A DNA stretch of 64,000 nucleotides from Pelagibacterales bacterium SAG-MED28 (GCA_014653835.1 JACWDY010000003.1:5621-69620); one strand, 5' to 3'. Shown: positions 1-11,379, numbered from the stretch's first letter. Translations and numbers: made by a program. The notes: a model not told the origin generated them from the sequence alone.

Positions 1-2
1 TT

Positions 3-842
3 AAATCACTTTCATATATAGAAGCTAAAATAGATTTCGCAGAGGATGATCTTCCTGAAAAAGTTCTTAAAGAAGTACAGATCGCAGTTAAGAACGTTCA
101 TAAAGATATTAATAAAATAATAGAGGACAATAAGATTGGGGAAAAAATAAGAGACGGCTTTAGAGTGTCTATTACAGGAGAAGTGAATGCGGGAAAATCG
201 TCCCTATTAAATTTAATTGCTAAAAGAGATGTAGCGATAGTTTCAGATGAAGCTGGAACAACTAGAGATGTTATCGAGACTTATTTAAACATAGATGGGT
301 ATCCAGTAATACTAGCAGATACAGCTGGTATTAGAGATGCAAAAAATGAAATAGAAAAAAAAGGTATATCACTTGCACTTGGTAAATCGAAAGAAGCTGA
401 TTTAAATATTGTGGTTATAGACAATTCTTCCAAAACTATTAATAATGAAATTAAGGAAATGATTAATAAAGATTCAATAGTTTTACTCAACAAATCAGAC
501 ATACAAAATAAACAAAATCATAAATTTGATTCAGAAACTGTTTTAGTTTCAGTAAAAGATAATAAAAATATTGATAAAGCAATCAATAAAATTAAAGAAA
601 AACTTAGTACAAAATTTACCTCAAACAATACTGCCTTAATAACAAGAGAAAGACATAGAGTTAAACTTCAAGAGTGTTTAAAAGAAATTGATAAATTTTT
701 AAAGAAGGATCAAGTCAAAGATATCGAACTTGCTGCTGAAGACTTGAGAATGGCCACAAGGTATCTTGGAAGCATAGTAGGGAAGGTTGATGTTGAAGAA
801 ATTCTTGGATCGATCTTTAAAGACTTCTGTATTGGCAAGTAA
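3..842 (+). CDS. mnmE: tRNA modification GTPase MnmE (5'-truncated by the window edge)
   Basis: Frame is open from position 3 (KSLSYIEAKIDFAEDD). G1 GEVNAGKSS, GTTRD, DTAG and NKSD motifs; C-terminal FCIGK; precedes mnmG. Confidence 0.97.
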   Translation, partial: KSLSYIEAKIDFAEDDLPEKVLKEVQIAVKNVHKDINKIIEDNKIGEKIRDGFRVSITGEVNAGKSSLLNLIAKRDVAIVSDEAGTTRDVIETYLNIDGYPVILADTAGIRDAKNEIEKKGISLALGKSKEADLNIVVIDNSSKTINNEIKEMINKDSIVLLNKSDIQNKQNHKFDSETVLVSVKDNKNIDKAINKIKEKLSTKFTSNNTALITRERHRVKLQECLKEIDKFLKKDQVKDIELAAEDLRMATRYLGSIVGKVDVEEILGSIFKDFCIGK

Positions 843-884
843 AATACTACTTGTATTATCAATTAAGACAGTTACATTCCCATC

Positions 885-2753
885 ATGAGTTTACAAGACT
901 ATGATGTAGTAGTTATCGGTGGTGGGCACGCTGGGTGTGAAGCAGCTGCGGCATCAGCTAGAATGGGCGTAAATACTGCTCTTTTTACACATAAAATTGA
1001 GACGATAGGGGAGATGTCATGCAATCCTGCTATCGGTGGGCTTGGCAAAGGGCACCTGGTGAGGGAGATAGATGCTCTTGATGGTGTTATGGGTGTTGTA
1101 GCAGACAAATCTGGCATTCAGTTTAGGTTGCTTAACCGAAGTAGGGGTCCAGCAGTTCAAGGGCCAAGAACACAATCTGATCGAGCTCTTTATAAAGAAC
1201 ATATGCAAAAAATTTTACTCAATTACGAGAACCTTCAAGTAGTTGCTGACCCTGTTGTTAAATTTTTATTTAATGATGATCAATTAGTTGGATTTGTGTG
1301 TCAGAGTGGAAAAGAAATACGAACTAAAGAATTAATATTAACAACAGGAACATTTTTAAATGGTTTAATACACATTGGAGAGGCTCAAATACCAGCTGGT
1401 AGATATGATGAGAAACCATCTACAGGGTTAAGTGAGCAACTTGCTAAATTCAATATGCAAATAGGAAGACTTAAAACTGGAACTCCCCCAAGACTTGATG
1501 GTAGCACTATCAACTATGATGATCTTGAAATGCAGCCTGCAGATGATGATCATTATTACTTTTCATTTTTGACCAACAGGATTAATAATAGACAAATTAA
1601 ATGTGGAATGACTTATACTAACAATGAAGTTCATAAAATCATTAGCGATAACATTTCAAGAAGCGCCATGTACTCTGGTAACATTAAAGGAGTAGGCCCA
1701 AGATACTGCCCGTCCATTGAAGATAAGATTGTTAAGTTCAAGGAGAAGGAGAGACATCAAATATTTTTAGAGCCTGAAGGATTAAAGGACAATACTATTT
1801 ACCCAAACGGCATATCTACATCACTTCCAGAAGACATTCAGCTTCAAATATTGTTTAAAATAAAGGGTTTAGAGCATGTTAAGATGAAAAGAGCTGGATA
1901 TGCTATTGAATATGATTATGTAGATCCAAGAGAGCTATATGCAACATTAGAGTCAAAAAAAATTAAATCTCTATTTTTAGCAGGACAGATAAATGGAACT
2001 ACCGGCTATGAGGAAGCTGCTGCACAGGGCTTAATTGCTGGAATTAACGCTGCCTTGAAAGTCAAAAAACAAAAACAATTCATTTTAGATCGATCAACAT
2101 CTTACATAGGTGTTATGATAGACGATTTGATTACAAAGGGAGTTTCTGAACCTTACCGAATGTTTACATCAAGGGCCGAGTACCGACTAACTTTGCGTGC
2201 TGATAATGCAGACCAGAGGTTAACCGACGTTGGAATTGATTTAGATTTAATCAAAGACGAAAGAAAAAGTTCCTTTTTAGAAAAGAAAAAAAATATTCTT
2301 TCAGTAAAATCTGTATTGGATAAAAATAATCTAACTCCTAACGAAGCAAAAAAATATAACATCAAAATTGCTATGGATGGAGTAAAGAGATCATGCATGG
2401 AGGTTATTGGTCAGCGGAATGTAAATATGGCAAAAATTAGGCAAATATTTTCCAATATCCCAGACTATGGAAGGCCTATAGACAATCAGGTTGAAATAGA
2501 TGCTCATTATATGGGTTACTTGCAAAGGCAGTCTAAAGATATCAGGTCATTTAAAAAGGATGAGCTAGTTCTTATACCTGAAAACATAAAGTACGATACT
2601 TTAAGTGGTCTATCGAATGAAATTAAAAGCAAGCTAACAAAAGTAAAGCCTAAAACGCTCGGTCAAGCAATTAGGATAGATGGAGTGACCCCAGCAGCTG
2701 TTATAATACTCCTTTCACACATAAAGAAACTCAGGTATAAAGCCTCTGCCTGA
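885..2753 (+). CDS. mnmG: tRNA uridine-5-carboxymethylaminomethyl synthesis enzyme MnmG/GidA
   Basis: GGGHAG FAD motif, [33 protein letters not shown]. Confidence 0.98.
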   Translation: MSLQDYDVVVIGGGHAGCEAAAASARMGVNTALFTHKIETIGEMSCNPAIGGLGKGHLVREIDALDGVMGVVADKSGIQFRLLNRSRGPAVQGPRTQSDRALYKEHMQKILLNYENLQVVADPVVKFLFNDDQLVGFVCQSGKEIRTKELILTTGTFLNGLIHIGEAQIPAGRYDEKPSTGLSEQLAKFNMQIGRLKTGTPPRLDGSTINYDDLEMQPADDDHYYFSFLTNRINNRQIKCGMTYTNNEVHKIISDNISRSAMYSGNIKGVGPRYCPSIEDKIVKFKEKERHQIFLEPEGLKDNTIYPNGISTSLPEDIQLQILFKIKGLEHVKMKRAGYAIEYDYVDPRELYATLESKKIKSLFLAGQINGTTGYEEAAAQGLIAGINAALKVKKQKQFILDRSTSYIGVMIDDLITKGVSEPYRMFTSRAEYRLTLRADNADQRLTDVGIDLDLIKDERKSSFLEKKKNILSVKSVLDKNNLTPNEAKKYNIKIAMDGVKRSCMEVIGQRNVNMAKIRQIFSNIPDYGRPIDNQVEIDAHYMGYLQRQSKDIRSFKKDELVLIPENIKYDTLSGLSNEIKSKLTKVKPKTLGQAIRIDGVTPAAVIILLSHIKKLRYKASA

Positions 2754-3370
2754 TGCAGGAGCAAGCGGTTATAAATATTCTTCAAGAGCAACTTAAATTT
2801 ACAGATCAATCGATTGATAAATTGAAAATGTTTGAAACAGAGCTTTTAAAAGCCAATAGAAAGCACAATTTTATCGCAAAAAGTACAGAAGGTTTTATTT
2901 GGAGTAGGCATATTTTAGACTCCGCCCAGTTGGTCAAATATATAAACTTTAATGAAGGTTCTTTATCAGATTTAGGTTCTGGAGCAGGCTTTCCCGGGTT
3001 AGTTTTAGCAATTCATAATCAAAATTTCAATTTTCACGTGAAATTATATGAAAAATCACCAGTAAAAAGAGAATTTTTAGATGAAATGATAGGAAAGTTA
3101 AAGATTAAAGCTTCACTATTCACCGATGTCTTCGATGAAAGAATCGAATCAGCTTATATTATTAGTAGGGCTTTTAAGAAATTAGATAAAATTATACAAG
3201 TTTCACGTGAAATAGCAAAAAAACCACATAAATTGATTATTTTAAAGGGTCAAAATGCACAAGATGAAGCAATTAAAGCTTTCAAAAGCTATAAATACTC
3301 TTATAAATTAGAAAAAAGCATGACTGACGAGAAATCTAAAATACTTATAGCAGATATTTTTAATGACTAA
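2753..3370 (+). CDS. rsmG: 16S rRNA m7G527 methyltransferase RsmG/GidB
   Basis: RHILDS, DLGSGAGFPG, SRAF; gidA-gidB-parA-parB synteny. Confidence 0.95.
   Translation: MQEQAVINILQEQLKFTDQSIDKLKMFETELLKANRKHNFIAKSTEGFIWSRHILDSAQLVKYINFNEGSLSDLGSGAGFPGLVLAIHNQNFNFHVKLYEKSPVKREFLDEMIGKLKIKASLFTDVFDERIESAYIISRAFKKLDKIIQVSREIAKKPHKLIILKGQNAQDEAIKAFKSYKYSYKLEKSMTDEKSKILIADIFND
3030..3045. promoter_or_regulatory. parS-like site 1, inside rsmG
   Basis: atTTTCACGTGAAAtt: 12-bp palindromic core matching parS consensus TGTTTCACGTGAAACA; next to parAB. Confidence 0.7.
3199..3214. promoter_or_regulatory. parS-like site 2, inside rsmG
   Basis: aGTTTCACGTGAAAtA: 14/16 match to the parS consensus. Confidence 0.8.
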
Positions 3371-4154
3371 TATTATTTCAGTAATCAATCAAAAAGGTGG
3401 AGTAGGAAAAACTACGACAGTAATAAACCTTGCAGCTTCACTGTCCATAATGGGTCAAAATAATCTAGTTATAGATTTGGATCCACAAGGTAATGCCACT
3501 ACAGGATTTGGGAAAAACAATAACAATGAAGACAATAATGTCTACAATCTTTTAATCAAAAAAATAAATTTAGAAGAAGCAATTCAAGAAACTAATATTA
3601 AAAATTTAAACATTATAGGATCGCATGTAAACTTATCTGGCCTAGAGGTGGAGACAGCTAGTGATGCTAAAAGAGCTTTTGTTTTAAAAGAAATATTGTC
3701 AGGTGAAAAACATAATATACTGCAAAAATACGATAATATATTTATTGACTGCCCTCCGTCTTTAAGCCTTCTGACAATAATGTCTTTAGTAGCATCTGAT
3801 GAATTACTGGTGCCACTTCAAACAGAATTTTTTGCTCTTGAGGGAATAACCCAGTTGGTAAAAACAATTGATAGAATAAAAGAAAACCTCAATCCAACTC
3901 TCTCTATCAGGGGTATACTTTTAACTATGTTTGACAAGAGAAACAAACTTTCATCAGAGGTAGATAGAGAAGCAAGAAATTATTTTAAGGAGAAAGTATA
4001 TCAAACAGTCATTCAAAGAAATGTAAGATTGTCAGAAGCACCATCTCATGGGTTGCCTTGCGTAATTTACGATAAAAATTGTGTGGGAAGTAAATCATAT
4101 TTTAAATTGGCTGAAGAATTTACAAAACAAAATAATATAGAAAGTGCAGCATGA
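3363..4154 (+). CDS. parA: Chromosome partitioning ATPase ParA/Soj
   Basis: NQKGGVGKTT deviant Walker A, DLDPQGNAT, DCPPSL, RLSEAPSHG. Confidence 0.97.
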   Translation: MTNIISVINQKGGVGKTTTVINLAASLSIMGQNNLVIDLDPQGNATTGFGKNNNNEDNNVYNLLIKKINLEEAIQETNIKNLNIIGSHVNLSGLEVETASDAKRAFVLKEILSGEKHNILQKYDNIFIDCPPSLSLLTIMSLVASDELLVPLQTEFFALEGITQLVKTIDRIKENLNPTLSIRGILLTMFDKRNKLSSEVDREARNYFKEKVYQTVIQRNVRLSEAPSHGLPCVIYDKNCVGSKSYFKLAEEFTKQNNIESAA

Positions 4155-5005
4155 ACCCAACAAAGAAAAAAGGTTTAGGAAGAGGTTTATCCGCTCTATT
4201 TGGCGATGAAGCAAAAAATACAACAAATAAAAATGTTGAGATAAGTAAAGTTTCTATAAGTGATCTTACGAGAAATCCTTATCAACCAAGGGAAACATTT
4301 AACGAAGCTAAGTTAGAGGAATTAGCTAATTCTATTAGGAAAAATGGTATTATTCAGCCAATTGCTGTTAGAACAAATAAATCTGAAGTAGGTAAATACG
4401 AAATAGTTGCAGGTGAAAGGAGATGGTTAGCAGCTCAAAAAGCTGGGTTGCACGATATTCCAGTGACAGTTTTAGATTTAAGTGATGTAGAGTCTCTAGA
4501 AGTAGCAATAGTTGAAAATATACAAAGGGATGATTTAAATCCAGTGGAAGAAGCTAGGGGATATAAAAGATTGTCAGAAGAGTTTAATTATGATCATGAG
4601 CATATCTCTAAACTAATGTCTAAGAGCAGAAGTCATGTTAGCAATACTTTAAGACTTTTAACTTTGCCTCCAGATATAATCAGCATGCTAGAAGAAGGTA
4701 CTTTAACTTCTGGCCAAGCGAGACCCTTAATAGGGTTAATCAATGCATCTGAGATTGCTGAAGAAATTGTAGCAAAAAATTATAGTGCTAGAAAAGTTGA
4801 GTATTTAGTAAAATCAAAGAAGGAAAAAAAATTTAAAGATAATACCTACGATGCTAATGTTCTTAAGGTTCAAGATCGAATTGAAAAGATTCTTGGTTTA
4901 AAAGTAAACATTGTAAATAAGAAAAATAACTCGGGTAAAATTACTATTGAATATAAAAATTTAGATCAGTTTGAGTTGATATCTGATTTGCTTACTAAGC
5001 ATTAG
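4151..5005 (+). CDS. parB: Chromosome partitioning protein ParB/Spo0J
   Basis: GLGRGLSAL N-terminus, AGERRW CTP-binding box, ENIQRDDL, KSRSHVSN HTH. Confidence 0.97.
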   Translation: MNPTKKKGLGRGLSALFGDEAKNTTNKNVEISKVSISDLTRNPYQPRETFNEAKLEELANSIRKNGIIQPIAVRTNKSEVGKYEIVAGERRWLAAQKAGLHDIPVTVLDLSDVESLEVAIVENIQRDDLNPVEEARGYKRLSEEFNYDHEHISKLMSKSRSHVSNTLRLLTLPPDIISMLEEGTLTSGQARPLIGLINASEIAEEIVAKNYSARKVEYLVKSKKEKKFKDNTYDANVLKVQDRIEKILGLKVNIVNKKNNSGKITIEYKNLDQFELISDLLTKH

Positions 5006-5984
5006 CCAAGTAGCACATATCTACTAACAATTTCTTGATTAGTAAACTTTGTGTAATTTGAGAATTAGATTTTATCTTAAGTTCTGTTTTATAAGTTAGA
5101 TTTAACATTTTTTTTAGTCTGTTTGTGTTCCATTTTCGTGCTTGAAGGCTAAATATTGTTTTATCCTTCCAAAAGATTGGTGGTTTGATTCTTCCTATGG
5201 CTTCATCTAAATTATCGTTTTTTGCAATTTTAGTAACCTCTAAAAGCTTTATCAGCCTTTGATTTATTACGTTTAAGTAAAAAATATTTTTCTCATTTTC
5301 TAAAATAGTGTCGTTTATTAATTTGTTCGTTTTAGCTTTGTCTCCCATTAAAGCTTGGTCTTTTAGTAAATCGAAACTATTATTATCTCTTAAGTTTAAA
5401 AGGGTTTCTAATTTATCTGTATCTATTATTTTTTTTTCAAAAAAAGTCTCTATTTTATTAAGTTCATTATCTAGTTTAGATCGATCAAGTCCACAACTAT
5501 CTAGGATTATATTAAGATTTTGGTTAGATAATCCTGTATAACCCTTTAGTTGATTTAATATCATTTTCTTCAAGGAAATTTCGTTATCTGCGTAGCATGG
5601 AACTACTCCAAAAGTATTTGATTTTTCAAAATAATTTCTTAATTTAGATCTTTTGTCTAACAAATCTGAAAATAAAAAAATTCTTTGCGTTTTTACTTTT
5701 TTTTCTATTTCCACAATTAAATCTAAGATTTTATCATTTGCTTGATCAATAAAGAAATTTTTTTTTTCACAAAATAATGAAATATTAAATAATTCATTAA
5801 AAAACAATTCTTGATTTTTTAATATATCTTCCTGATAAAAATTTACTATTTCGGCTTCTTTTTCAAATTTTTTAATATGATTTTTAAAAGTATTTTTTAA
5901 ACCTAAATTTTCTCCATAAAATAAAACAATATTATTTTCTAATAAGTTAATATTTTTTTCAATTAAATAGCTTTTATAAATCAT
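4995..5984 (-). CDS. holA: DNA polymerase III delta subunit
   Basis: LFYGEN, SLF, SKLR.YFE, PCY and PPIFWK motifs of alphaproteobacterial HolA; leuS-lptE-holA synteny. Confidence 0.88.
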   Translation of the reverse strand: MIYKSYLIEKNINLLENNIVLFYGENLGLKNTFKNHIKKFEKEAEIVNFYQEDILKNQELFFNELFNISLFCEKKNFFIDQANDKILDLIVEIEKKVKTQRIFLFSDLLDKRSKLRNYFEKSNTFGVVPCYADNEISLKKMILNQLKGYTGLSNQNLNIILDSCGLDRSKLDNELNKIETFFEKKIIDTDKLETLLNLRDNNSFDLLKDQALMGDKAKTNKLINDTILENEKNIFYLNVINQRLIKLLEVTKIAKNDNLDEAIGRIKPPIFWKDKTIFSLQARKWNTNRLKKMLNLTYKTELKIKSNSQITQSLLIKKLLVDMCYLANA

Positions 5985-6438
5985 TTAATTTAATGTTTAA
6001 GTTATCTATAATCTCTTCTGACAAATCATTGATTAATAAGTTAACTAAATTTTTCTCATTATTAAGTGTTTCCGAATGTCTAGAAGAAACATTAAAGAAA
6101 CCATTTTTATTCAAAAAAAATTTTTCTGTAATATTTTCTGATAAAATTGTGTAACTAATTTCAGCGTTAATCTTAATATTATATTTAGTAATTTGGTTTT
6201 TAATATTTTTTTCCTTAATACTTTTAATTTTTTTTGTATTTATTGTTAATTTTACAAAATTTTTATTATCATTTTTCTGATTAAATAAAAGTTTATTTTT
6301 CAGCTTAAAATTGATTCTTTGGTCACCGTTTACCTTAATTTCCTTTATTTTATAATTAATATCATTTGTTACTAATTCAAAGCCACAACTCGACAGTAGG
6401 ACAAAAAAAACTAAAAATTTGATAAATTTATACTTCAT
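5974..6438 (-). CDS. lptE: LPS assembly lipoprotein LptE-like
   Basis: Lipobox LLSSCGF; lies between leuS and holA. Confidence 0.75.
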   Translation of the reverse strand: MKYKFIKFLVFFVLLSSCGFELVTNDINYKIKEIKVNGDQRINFKLKNKLLFNQKNDNKNFVKLTINTKKIKSIKEKNIKNQITKYNIKINAEISYTILSENITEKFFLNKNGFFNVSSRHSETLNNEKNLVNLLINDLSEEIIDNLNIKLNDL

Positions 6439-8948
6439 GATTTAATTATATAATTTACAATTTTGTCTTTTACAAAAATAGTTTTAGAAATAGTTTTATT
6501 TTCAATAAATTTCTTTGCTTTAGAACTTTTCAAAATAATTTTATAAATCTCCTCTTCTTTTAAATTATTTTGGATAGTTATTATATCTCTGGTTTTTCCA
6601 TTTACCTGTATTGCAAATTTAACTTCGTTCAAATTTATTCCTTTGATTTCAGGCCAAGTATTTATATTTTTACATTTTAATTTTTCCAAACATTCATAAG
6701 CAAGATATGGGGTAAAAGGTATCATTAGCTTCATGATTTTTGTTATGTTTAAAATTAAACACTCTTTACTTAATTCTAAATTAATATGCTTAGTAAAAAC
6801 TCTATATACCTCGTAAAAATGTGCGACGGTTACATTAAATTTAAATTCCTCAATTGATTTATCTATTTTGCTTACAAAACTTTCAATTAATGTATTAAAT
6901 TTTGTTATTTTATCTTGATTACCAGTATTTGTTTTTTTTGAGAGTATCTGGCTGTTAAGACTCCAAATTTTTTGCAAAAATTTGCTTGATGATATTACCC
7001 CTGTATCAGACCATTGAACATCTTTTTCCGGAGGGCTGTCTGATAAAATAAACCATCTGACGGCATCTGCCCCATATTGTTGAATCATTATTTCTGGATC
7101 TATGGTATTTTTTTTAGATTTGGACATTGACTCGGACAGACCAACTATTACTTTTTTTTTGTCATTCTTTTTAATTGCTAAATTATCAGAAATCTTCTCA
7201 ATTTCCTCAGGGTAAAGCCAATTACCTTCTTCGTCTTTATAAGTTTCGTGGCACACCATACCTTGTGTAAATAAGTTTTTAAAAGGCTCAGTTATATTTA
7301 TCTTTTTATTAAAACTATTTATACCTTTAGTGAAAAAACGAGAGTAGAGAAGATGCAGTATTGCGTGTTCTATCCCACCAATATACTGGTCCACTGGCAT
7401 CCAATATTTTATTTTTTCTTCTTCTAATGGAGACTTGCTGTAATTTGGTGAACAAAATCTTAGAAAATACCAAGATGAGTCTACAAATGTATCTAATGTA
7501 TCGGTTTCACGAATCGCTTTCTTTCCAGTAGATTTTTGATAAGTATTTTTCCAAGATGGATGAACTTCCAGAGGGTTACCCTTCGCTTTCAAATTGACAT
7601 CTTTTGGCAAAAGTATAGGTAGCTCACTTTTTTCAACTGGTACAACTGTTCCATCCTCTAAATAAATCATTGGTATAGGACATCCCCAAAATCTTTGTCT
7701 TGAAATTCCCCAATCCTTTAGACGAAAAAGAGTCTTTCTTTTTCCAATTTTTTTATTTTCAATTTTATTAATTATTTTTTCTTGAGCAGTAGCAATATCT
7801 AAATTGTCTAAAAAGTTTGAATTAACCATTTTACCACTTCCAATGTAAGCTTTATTAAGCTCAGTATCTTTTCCTTCTGAAACAACTCTTATAATTTCTA
7901 AGTCATACTTTTTAGCAAAATCAAAATCTCTTTGATCATGCGCTGGACAGCCAAATATTGCTCCCGTTCCGTAATCCATTAAAACGAAATTCGCAAAATA
8001 TATTGGAATTTTTTTCCCTTCTTTAAATGGATGACTAACAAACAAATTTGTATTAAATCCAATTTTATCAGCATTAGCTAGCGCTTCTTCAGTAGTGCCT
8101 GTCTTGTTGCATTCTTCTTTAAATTTTTTAAAGTTTTCATCATTCTCAAATTCCTTACTTAAAGGGTGATCATTTGATAAAGCTAAGAAACTTGCTCCAA
8201 AAATTGTATCTGGCCTTGTAGTAAATATTTTAATTTTATTCTTTCTATTATCTATTTGAAAATCTATTTCACAACCAAAAGATTTTCCTATCCAATTTTT
8301 TTGCATTAGTTTTACTTTTTCAGGCCAACCCTCTAATTTTTTCAGGTCGGAAAGTAAAGGTTCTACAAACTTGGTTATATTAAAGAACCATTGTGATAGT
8401 TTTTTCCTCTCTACAACAGCATTAGATCTCCATCCTTTCCCGTTAATAACTTGTTCATTAGCAAGTACGGTTTTTTCTATAGGGTCCCAATTAACATAAG
8501 TTTCCTTACGTGAAACAAGTCCATGATTATAAAAATCAATGAAAAGCTCTTGCTGATGTTTGTAATAACTTTCATCACAAGTAGATATTTCCAAATCCCA
8601 GTCAATTGACAAACCTAATGATTTTAATTGTTCTTTCATTACTTTAATGTTTTGGTCAGTCCATTCTTTTGGATGAAGATTATTAATTTTAGAAGCATTT
8701 TCAGCAGGTAATCCAAAGGCATCCCAACCCATAGGGTGTAAAACATTAAAACCTTTTAAGTATTTAGAGCGCGCAACCACATCACCTATCGTATAATTTC
8801 TCACATGACCCATATGAATTTTTCCAGAAGGATAAGGAAACATTTCTAAGCAATAAAATTTTTTTCCGCTCTTATTGTAAAGTTTATTTTTTGAAAGAGT
8901 AATGCGCCATTTTTTTTCAATTACTTGAAAATTAAATCTTTCTTCCAT
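6435..8948 (-). CDS. leuS: Leucine--tRNA ligase
   Basis: MFPYPSG, HMGH, FTTRPDT, GGIEHA, SMSKSK. Confidence 0.98.
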   Translation of the reverse strand: MEERFNFQVIEKKWRITLSKNKLYNKSGKKFYCLEMFPYPSGKIHMGHVRNYTIGDVVARSKYLKGFNVLHPMGWDAFGLPAENASKINNLHPKEWTDQNIKVMKEQLKSLGLSIDWDLEISTCDESYYKHQQELFIDFYNHGLVSRKETYVNWDPIEKTVLANEQVINGKGWRSNAVVERKKLSQWFFNITKFVEPLLSDLKKLEGWPEKVKLMQKNWIGKSFGCEIDFQIDNRKNKIKIFTTRPDTIFGASFLALSNDHPLSKEFENDENFKKFKEECNKTGTTEEALANADKIGFNTNLFVSHPFKEGKKIPIYFANFVLMDYGTGAIFGCPAHDQRDFDFAKKYDLEIIRVVSEGKDTELNKAYIGSGKMVNSNFLDNLDIATAQEKIINKIENKKIGKRKTLFRLKDWGISRQRFWGCPIPMIYLEDGTVVPVEKSELPILLPKDVNLKAKGNPLEVHPSWKNTYQKSTGKKAIRETDTLDTFVDSSWYFLRFCSPNYSKSPLEEEKIKYWMPVDQYIGGIEHAILHLLYSRFFTKGINSFNKKINITEPFKNLFTQGMVCHETYKDEEGNWLYPEEIEKISDNLAIKKNDKKKVIVGLSESMSKSKKNTIDPEIMIQQYGADAVRWFILSDSPPEKDVQWSDTGVISSSKFLQKIWSLNSQILSKKTNTGNQDKITKFNTLIESFVSKIDKSIEEFKFNVTVAHFYEVYRVFTKHINLELSKECLILNITKIMKLMIPFTPYLAYECLEKLKCKNINTWPEIKGINLNEVKFAIQVNGKTRDIITIQNNLKEEEIYKIILKSSKAKKFIENKTISKTIFVKDKIVNYIIKS

Positions 8949-8953
8949 AGAAA

Positions 8954-9460
8954 TTATTTTTTTTCTTTATCAGATTTTTCAAGTAAAGCTGCTTTGCGAA
9001 GGATAGTAGAACGAAGTTCATTTTTGATTAGGTCGCTTTTTGAAATAGCTGTTACGCAGTTAGAATTATCATTACATTTTTTCTTATGAACAATTATTTT
9101 TAGACTATCACTTCTTATTTCATTAGATAAAAATCTTAATGTTAATTTAATTGATTCGTTGTCCCCACTTTCAGAGTACCAGTCTGTTATTATTACTCCA
9201 CCAGAATAATCTACTGTTGTTAAAGGAAGAAAATCCAAAGTTTCAAGCGAAGCTCTCCACATCGGGTTAGAACTACTAAACTCGTAATTGGTTCCACCAA
9301 CTTTTCCCAGTAAACCCCCGATAGACGCCCCTCTACCTTCCTCGATATTCTTTCTTCGCTTCTCTTCTGCGGACACACCAGCGTTCTCTACATTCTTGTT
9401 GCAGTTCGCAAGTATTAGGAAAAGAGGAATAAACAAAATTATGACAACTTTTTTAAACAT
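8954..9460 (-). CDS. DUF3576-like lipoprotein
   Basis: Lipoprotein-like signal (ILANC); [23 protein letters not shown] motif; conserved neighbour of leuS in alphaproteobacteria. Confidence 0.8.
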   Translation of the reverse strand: MFKKVVIILFIPLFLILANCNKNVENAGVSAEEKRRKNIEEGRGASIGGLLGKVGGTNYEFSSSNPMWRASLETLDFLPLTTVDYSGGVIITDWYSESGDNESIKLTLRFLSNEIRSDSLKIIVHKKKCNDNSNCVTAISKSDLIKNELRSTILRKAALLEKSDKEKK

Positions 9461-9562
9461 AAATGGTAGAAATAATGACTATACACACAAATTTAATTAA
9501 TTGACTAATTAGTACACGATGACCTTGTTATTGTACATTTTTAGCTATTATTGGTGTTAATA

Positions 9563-9580
9563 TGTTGTATTTATGCAACA
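9563..9580. promoter_or_regulatory. Imperfect inverted repeat upstream of porin 1 (candidate operator)
   Basis: TGTTGTAT-tt-ATGCAACA; its 13-nt part TATTTATGCAACA recurs at 11271-11283 upstream of porin 2. Confidence 0.5.
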
Positions 9581-9649
9581 ACTACTAATATAAGTATTTA
9601 AATAGAGTATAGTTAGTGAAATATTGCATAGTTATTGTATTTTCCGATT

Positions 9650-9667
9650 AAATTGTAATTACAATTT
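9650..9667. promoter_or_regulatory. Perfect 18-bp palindrome upstream of porin 1
   Basis: AAATTGTAATTACAATTT, 24 nt before the ATG. Confidence 0.45.
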
Positions 9668-9691
9668 CTTAAAAACAACAAAGGAAAAAAT

Positions 9692-10744
9692 ATGAAAAAA
9701 ATATCTAAACTATTAGTAGGTATCCTATTTTCTGCATTAGTTATTGCTCCTTCTTACGCAGGTGAGATGACAGTAACTGGTGGTGCAACAGCAACGTTTG
9801 CAACAAACGGTTCTGATGCTTCTGCAGGTCAAAACATAGGTATCTCTAACGAATTAGACTTCACAGCTAGTGGAGAATTAGACAACGGTTATACTTGGAA
9901 ATACCAAGTACAATTAGACGGCGATAGCGCTGCTAACGATGACACAAGATTAGAAGTAGGAACTGACTACGGTACAGTTGGATTTTACGTTTCTGAAGGT
10001 GGATTATCATCTGAATTAGCTTACGGCATCGGTGCTCTAGGAACTGGTTTTGACTATGCATCTCCTTCAACATTCCAAAAAGGTTACGATGTTGACGGTT
10101 ATTCAAACATTCAATACCACACGCCATCAGGTTTATTGCCTTTTGGTCTAGGTGTAAAACTTGGTTATGTACCAAACATGAGTGCAACAACTATGTTATC
10201 AGCTAAAAACTCAGACTCGACAATAACTTCACAAGCAGAAGGTAGATCTTTATCGATGGCTCAAGTTAAAGCTGCACCTATTGATGGATTATCAATTCAA
10301 GGTTCAGTAGCAGAAACTTCATCTGAAGGCGGAGACGCTAACGGTGATGACGGTATTTCTGCAAACGTTGGTGCTAAATACACTATGGGACAATTTTCTA
10401 TAGGTTACGGTGAAGGTGGATACCAACCAGCAACTGGTTTAACTGCAAATGATGAAACAATTTACTATGAAAACCAATACCAAGGTATTCAGTTTGATGT
10501 AAATGATTCATTGTCATTATCTTACAACGAAGATACATCAGAGAAGAATACAAGAACTGGTGTTGTAGTAGGAAGCACAAAAGGAACAAAAGCAACTGTA
10601 GAGATGGAACAAGAAACTATACAAGTTGCCTACACAGTAGGTGGTGCTACTATTGGTATAGCTGACATTGAAGTTACAAATGCAGACTACACATCAGGTA
10701 AAGATGAAACACAAACAATTATTTCTTTAGGAATTTCTTTCTAA
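9692..10744 (+). CDS. Outer-membrane porin, copy 1
   Basis: Signal peptide ending SYA; Gly/Thr/Asp-rich beta strands; ASGELDNG motif; C-terminal Phe (LGISF); AAGGA RBS. Confidence 0.85.
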   Translation: MKKISKLLVGILFSALVIAPSYAGEMTVTGGATATFATNGSDASAGQNIGISNELDFTASGELDNGYTWKYQVQLDGDSAANDDTRLEVGTDYGTVGFYVSEGGLSSELAYGIGALGTGFDYASPSTFQKGYDVDGYSNIQYHTPSGLLPFGLGVKLGYVPNMSATTMLSAKNSDSTITSQAEGRSLSMAQVKAAPIDGLSIQGSVAETSSEGGDANGDDGISANVGAKYTMGQFSIGYGEGGYQPATGLTANDETIYYENQYQGIQFDVNDSLSLSYNEDTSEKNTRTGVVVGSTKGTKATVEMEQETIQVAYTVGGATIGIADIEVTNADYTSGKDETQTIISLGISF

Positions 10745-10759
10745 TTAAATAATAATTAA

Positions 10760-10798
10760 AATTAAAAAAGCCGGTTAATTATATTAGCCGGCTTTTTT
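10760..10798. repeat. 39-bp direct repeat, copy 1; bidirectional intrinsic terminator overlapping the mini-LysR 3' end
   Basis: AATTAAAAAAGCCGGTTAATTATATTAGCCGGCTTTTTT, identical to 12441-12479; hairpin flanked by A- and T-tracts. Confidence 0.93.
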
Positions 10799-11079
10799 AT
10801 TTGCATAATTTTATCAGTAGACACTTTTTTTTCTTTTTGAAAGTTCATCAAACTGTTATCAAAGTTTTTGATTATTTTTAGTAATTCAGCGCCTTCTTTA
10901 GTTATTACCGCACCTGTTACCTGTCTATCGTAAAGCTTAACAGATAAGCATTTCTCCAGTCGAGAGATATCTCTAGAAATATTTGATTGAGAAATTTTCA
11001 ATCTTTTGGAAGCCAGGTTAAGACTTTTATAACCAGCTACATTTTTAAATCTTTCAAGTTTCTTCCAATTTAAACACAT
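10762..11079 (-). CDS. LysR-type HTH-only protein (no effector-binding domain)
   Basis: SLNLASKRLKISQSNISRDISRLEKCLSVKLYDR...ITKEG matches the LysR wHTH; only 105 aa. Confidence 0.8.
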   Translation of the reverse strand: MCLNWKKLERFKNVAGYKSLNLASKRLKISQSNISRDISRLEKCLSVKLYDRQVTGAVITKEGAELLKIIKNFDNSLMNFQKEKKVSTDKIMQIKKPANIINRLF

Positions 11080-11228
11080 AATTAATAAAATTATATTATT
11101 TAAATGTCATTTTTATTAAAAAGAGCAAAAATGGAATAAAAAATTAAGGAAAGTAATGCATTTTTTATATATATAAAAAGATACATTCAAAAGCGAATTT
11201 TTTATAGTCAATAAAAGTTTTAACAAAA

Positions 11229-11265
11229 ATGTAATATAAACTGCATAGTTTTCTAAATATTACAT
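11229..11265. promoter_or_regulatory. Inverted repeat in the mini-LysR/porin 2 divergent spacer
   Basis: ATGTAATAT (11229-11237) and ATATTACAT (11257-11265) enclose AAACTGCATAGTTT. Confidence 0.4.
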
Positions 11266-11379
11266 AGAATTATTTATGCAACACACATTAAAAAACTTCA
11301 TAAAAAACTTTTTAAAAATTGTAAAAAAAAAACTAAAAGTTAAAAAATTACATCTTTATTTTAAACAAAAGGACATAAA

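Noticed and set aside
8502-8517. parS-like sequence in leuS (TTCCTTACGTGAAACA)
   Set aside because: Only one good half-site (12/16), which the codons could explain.
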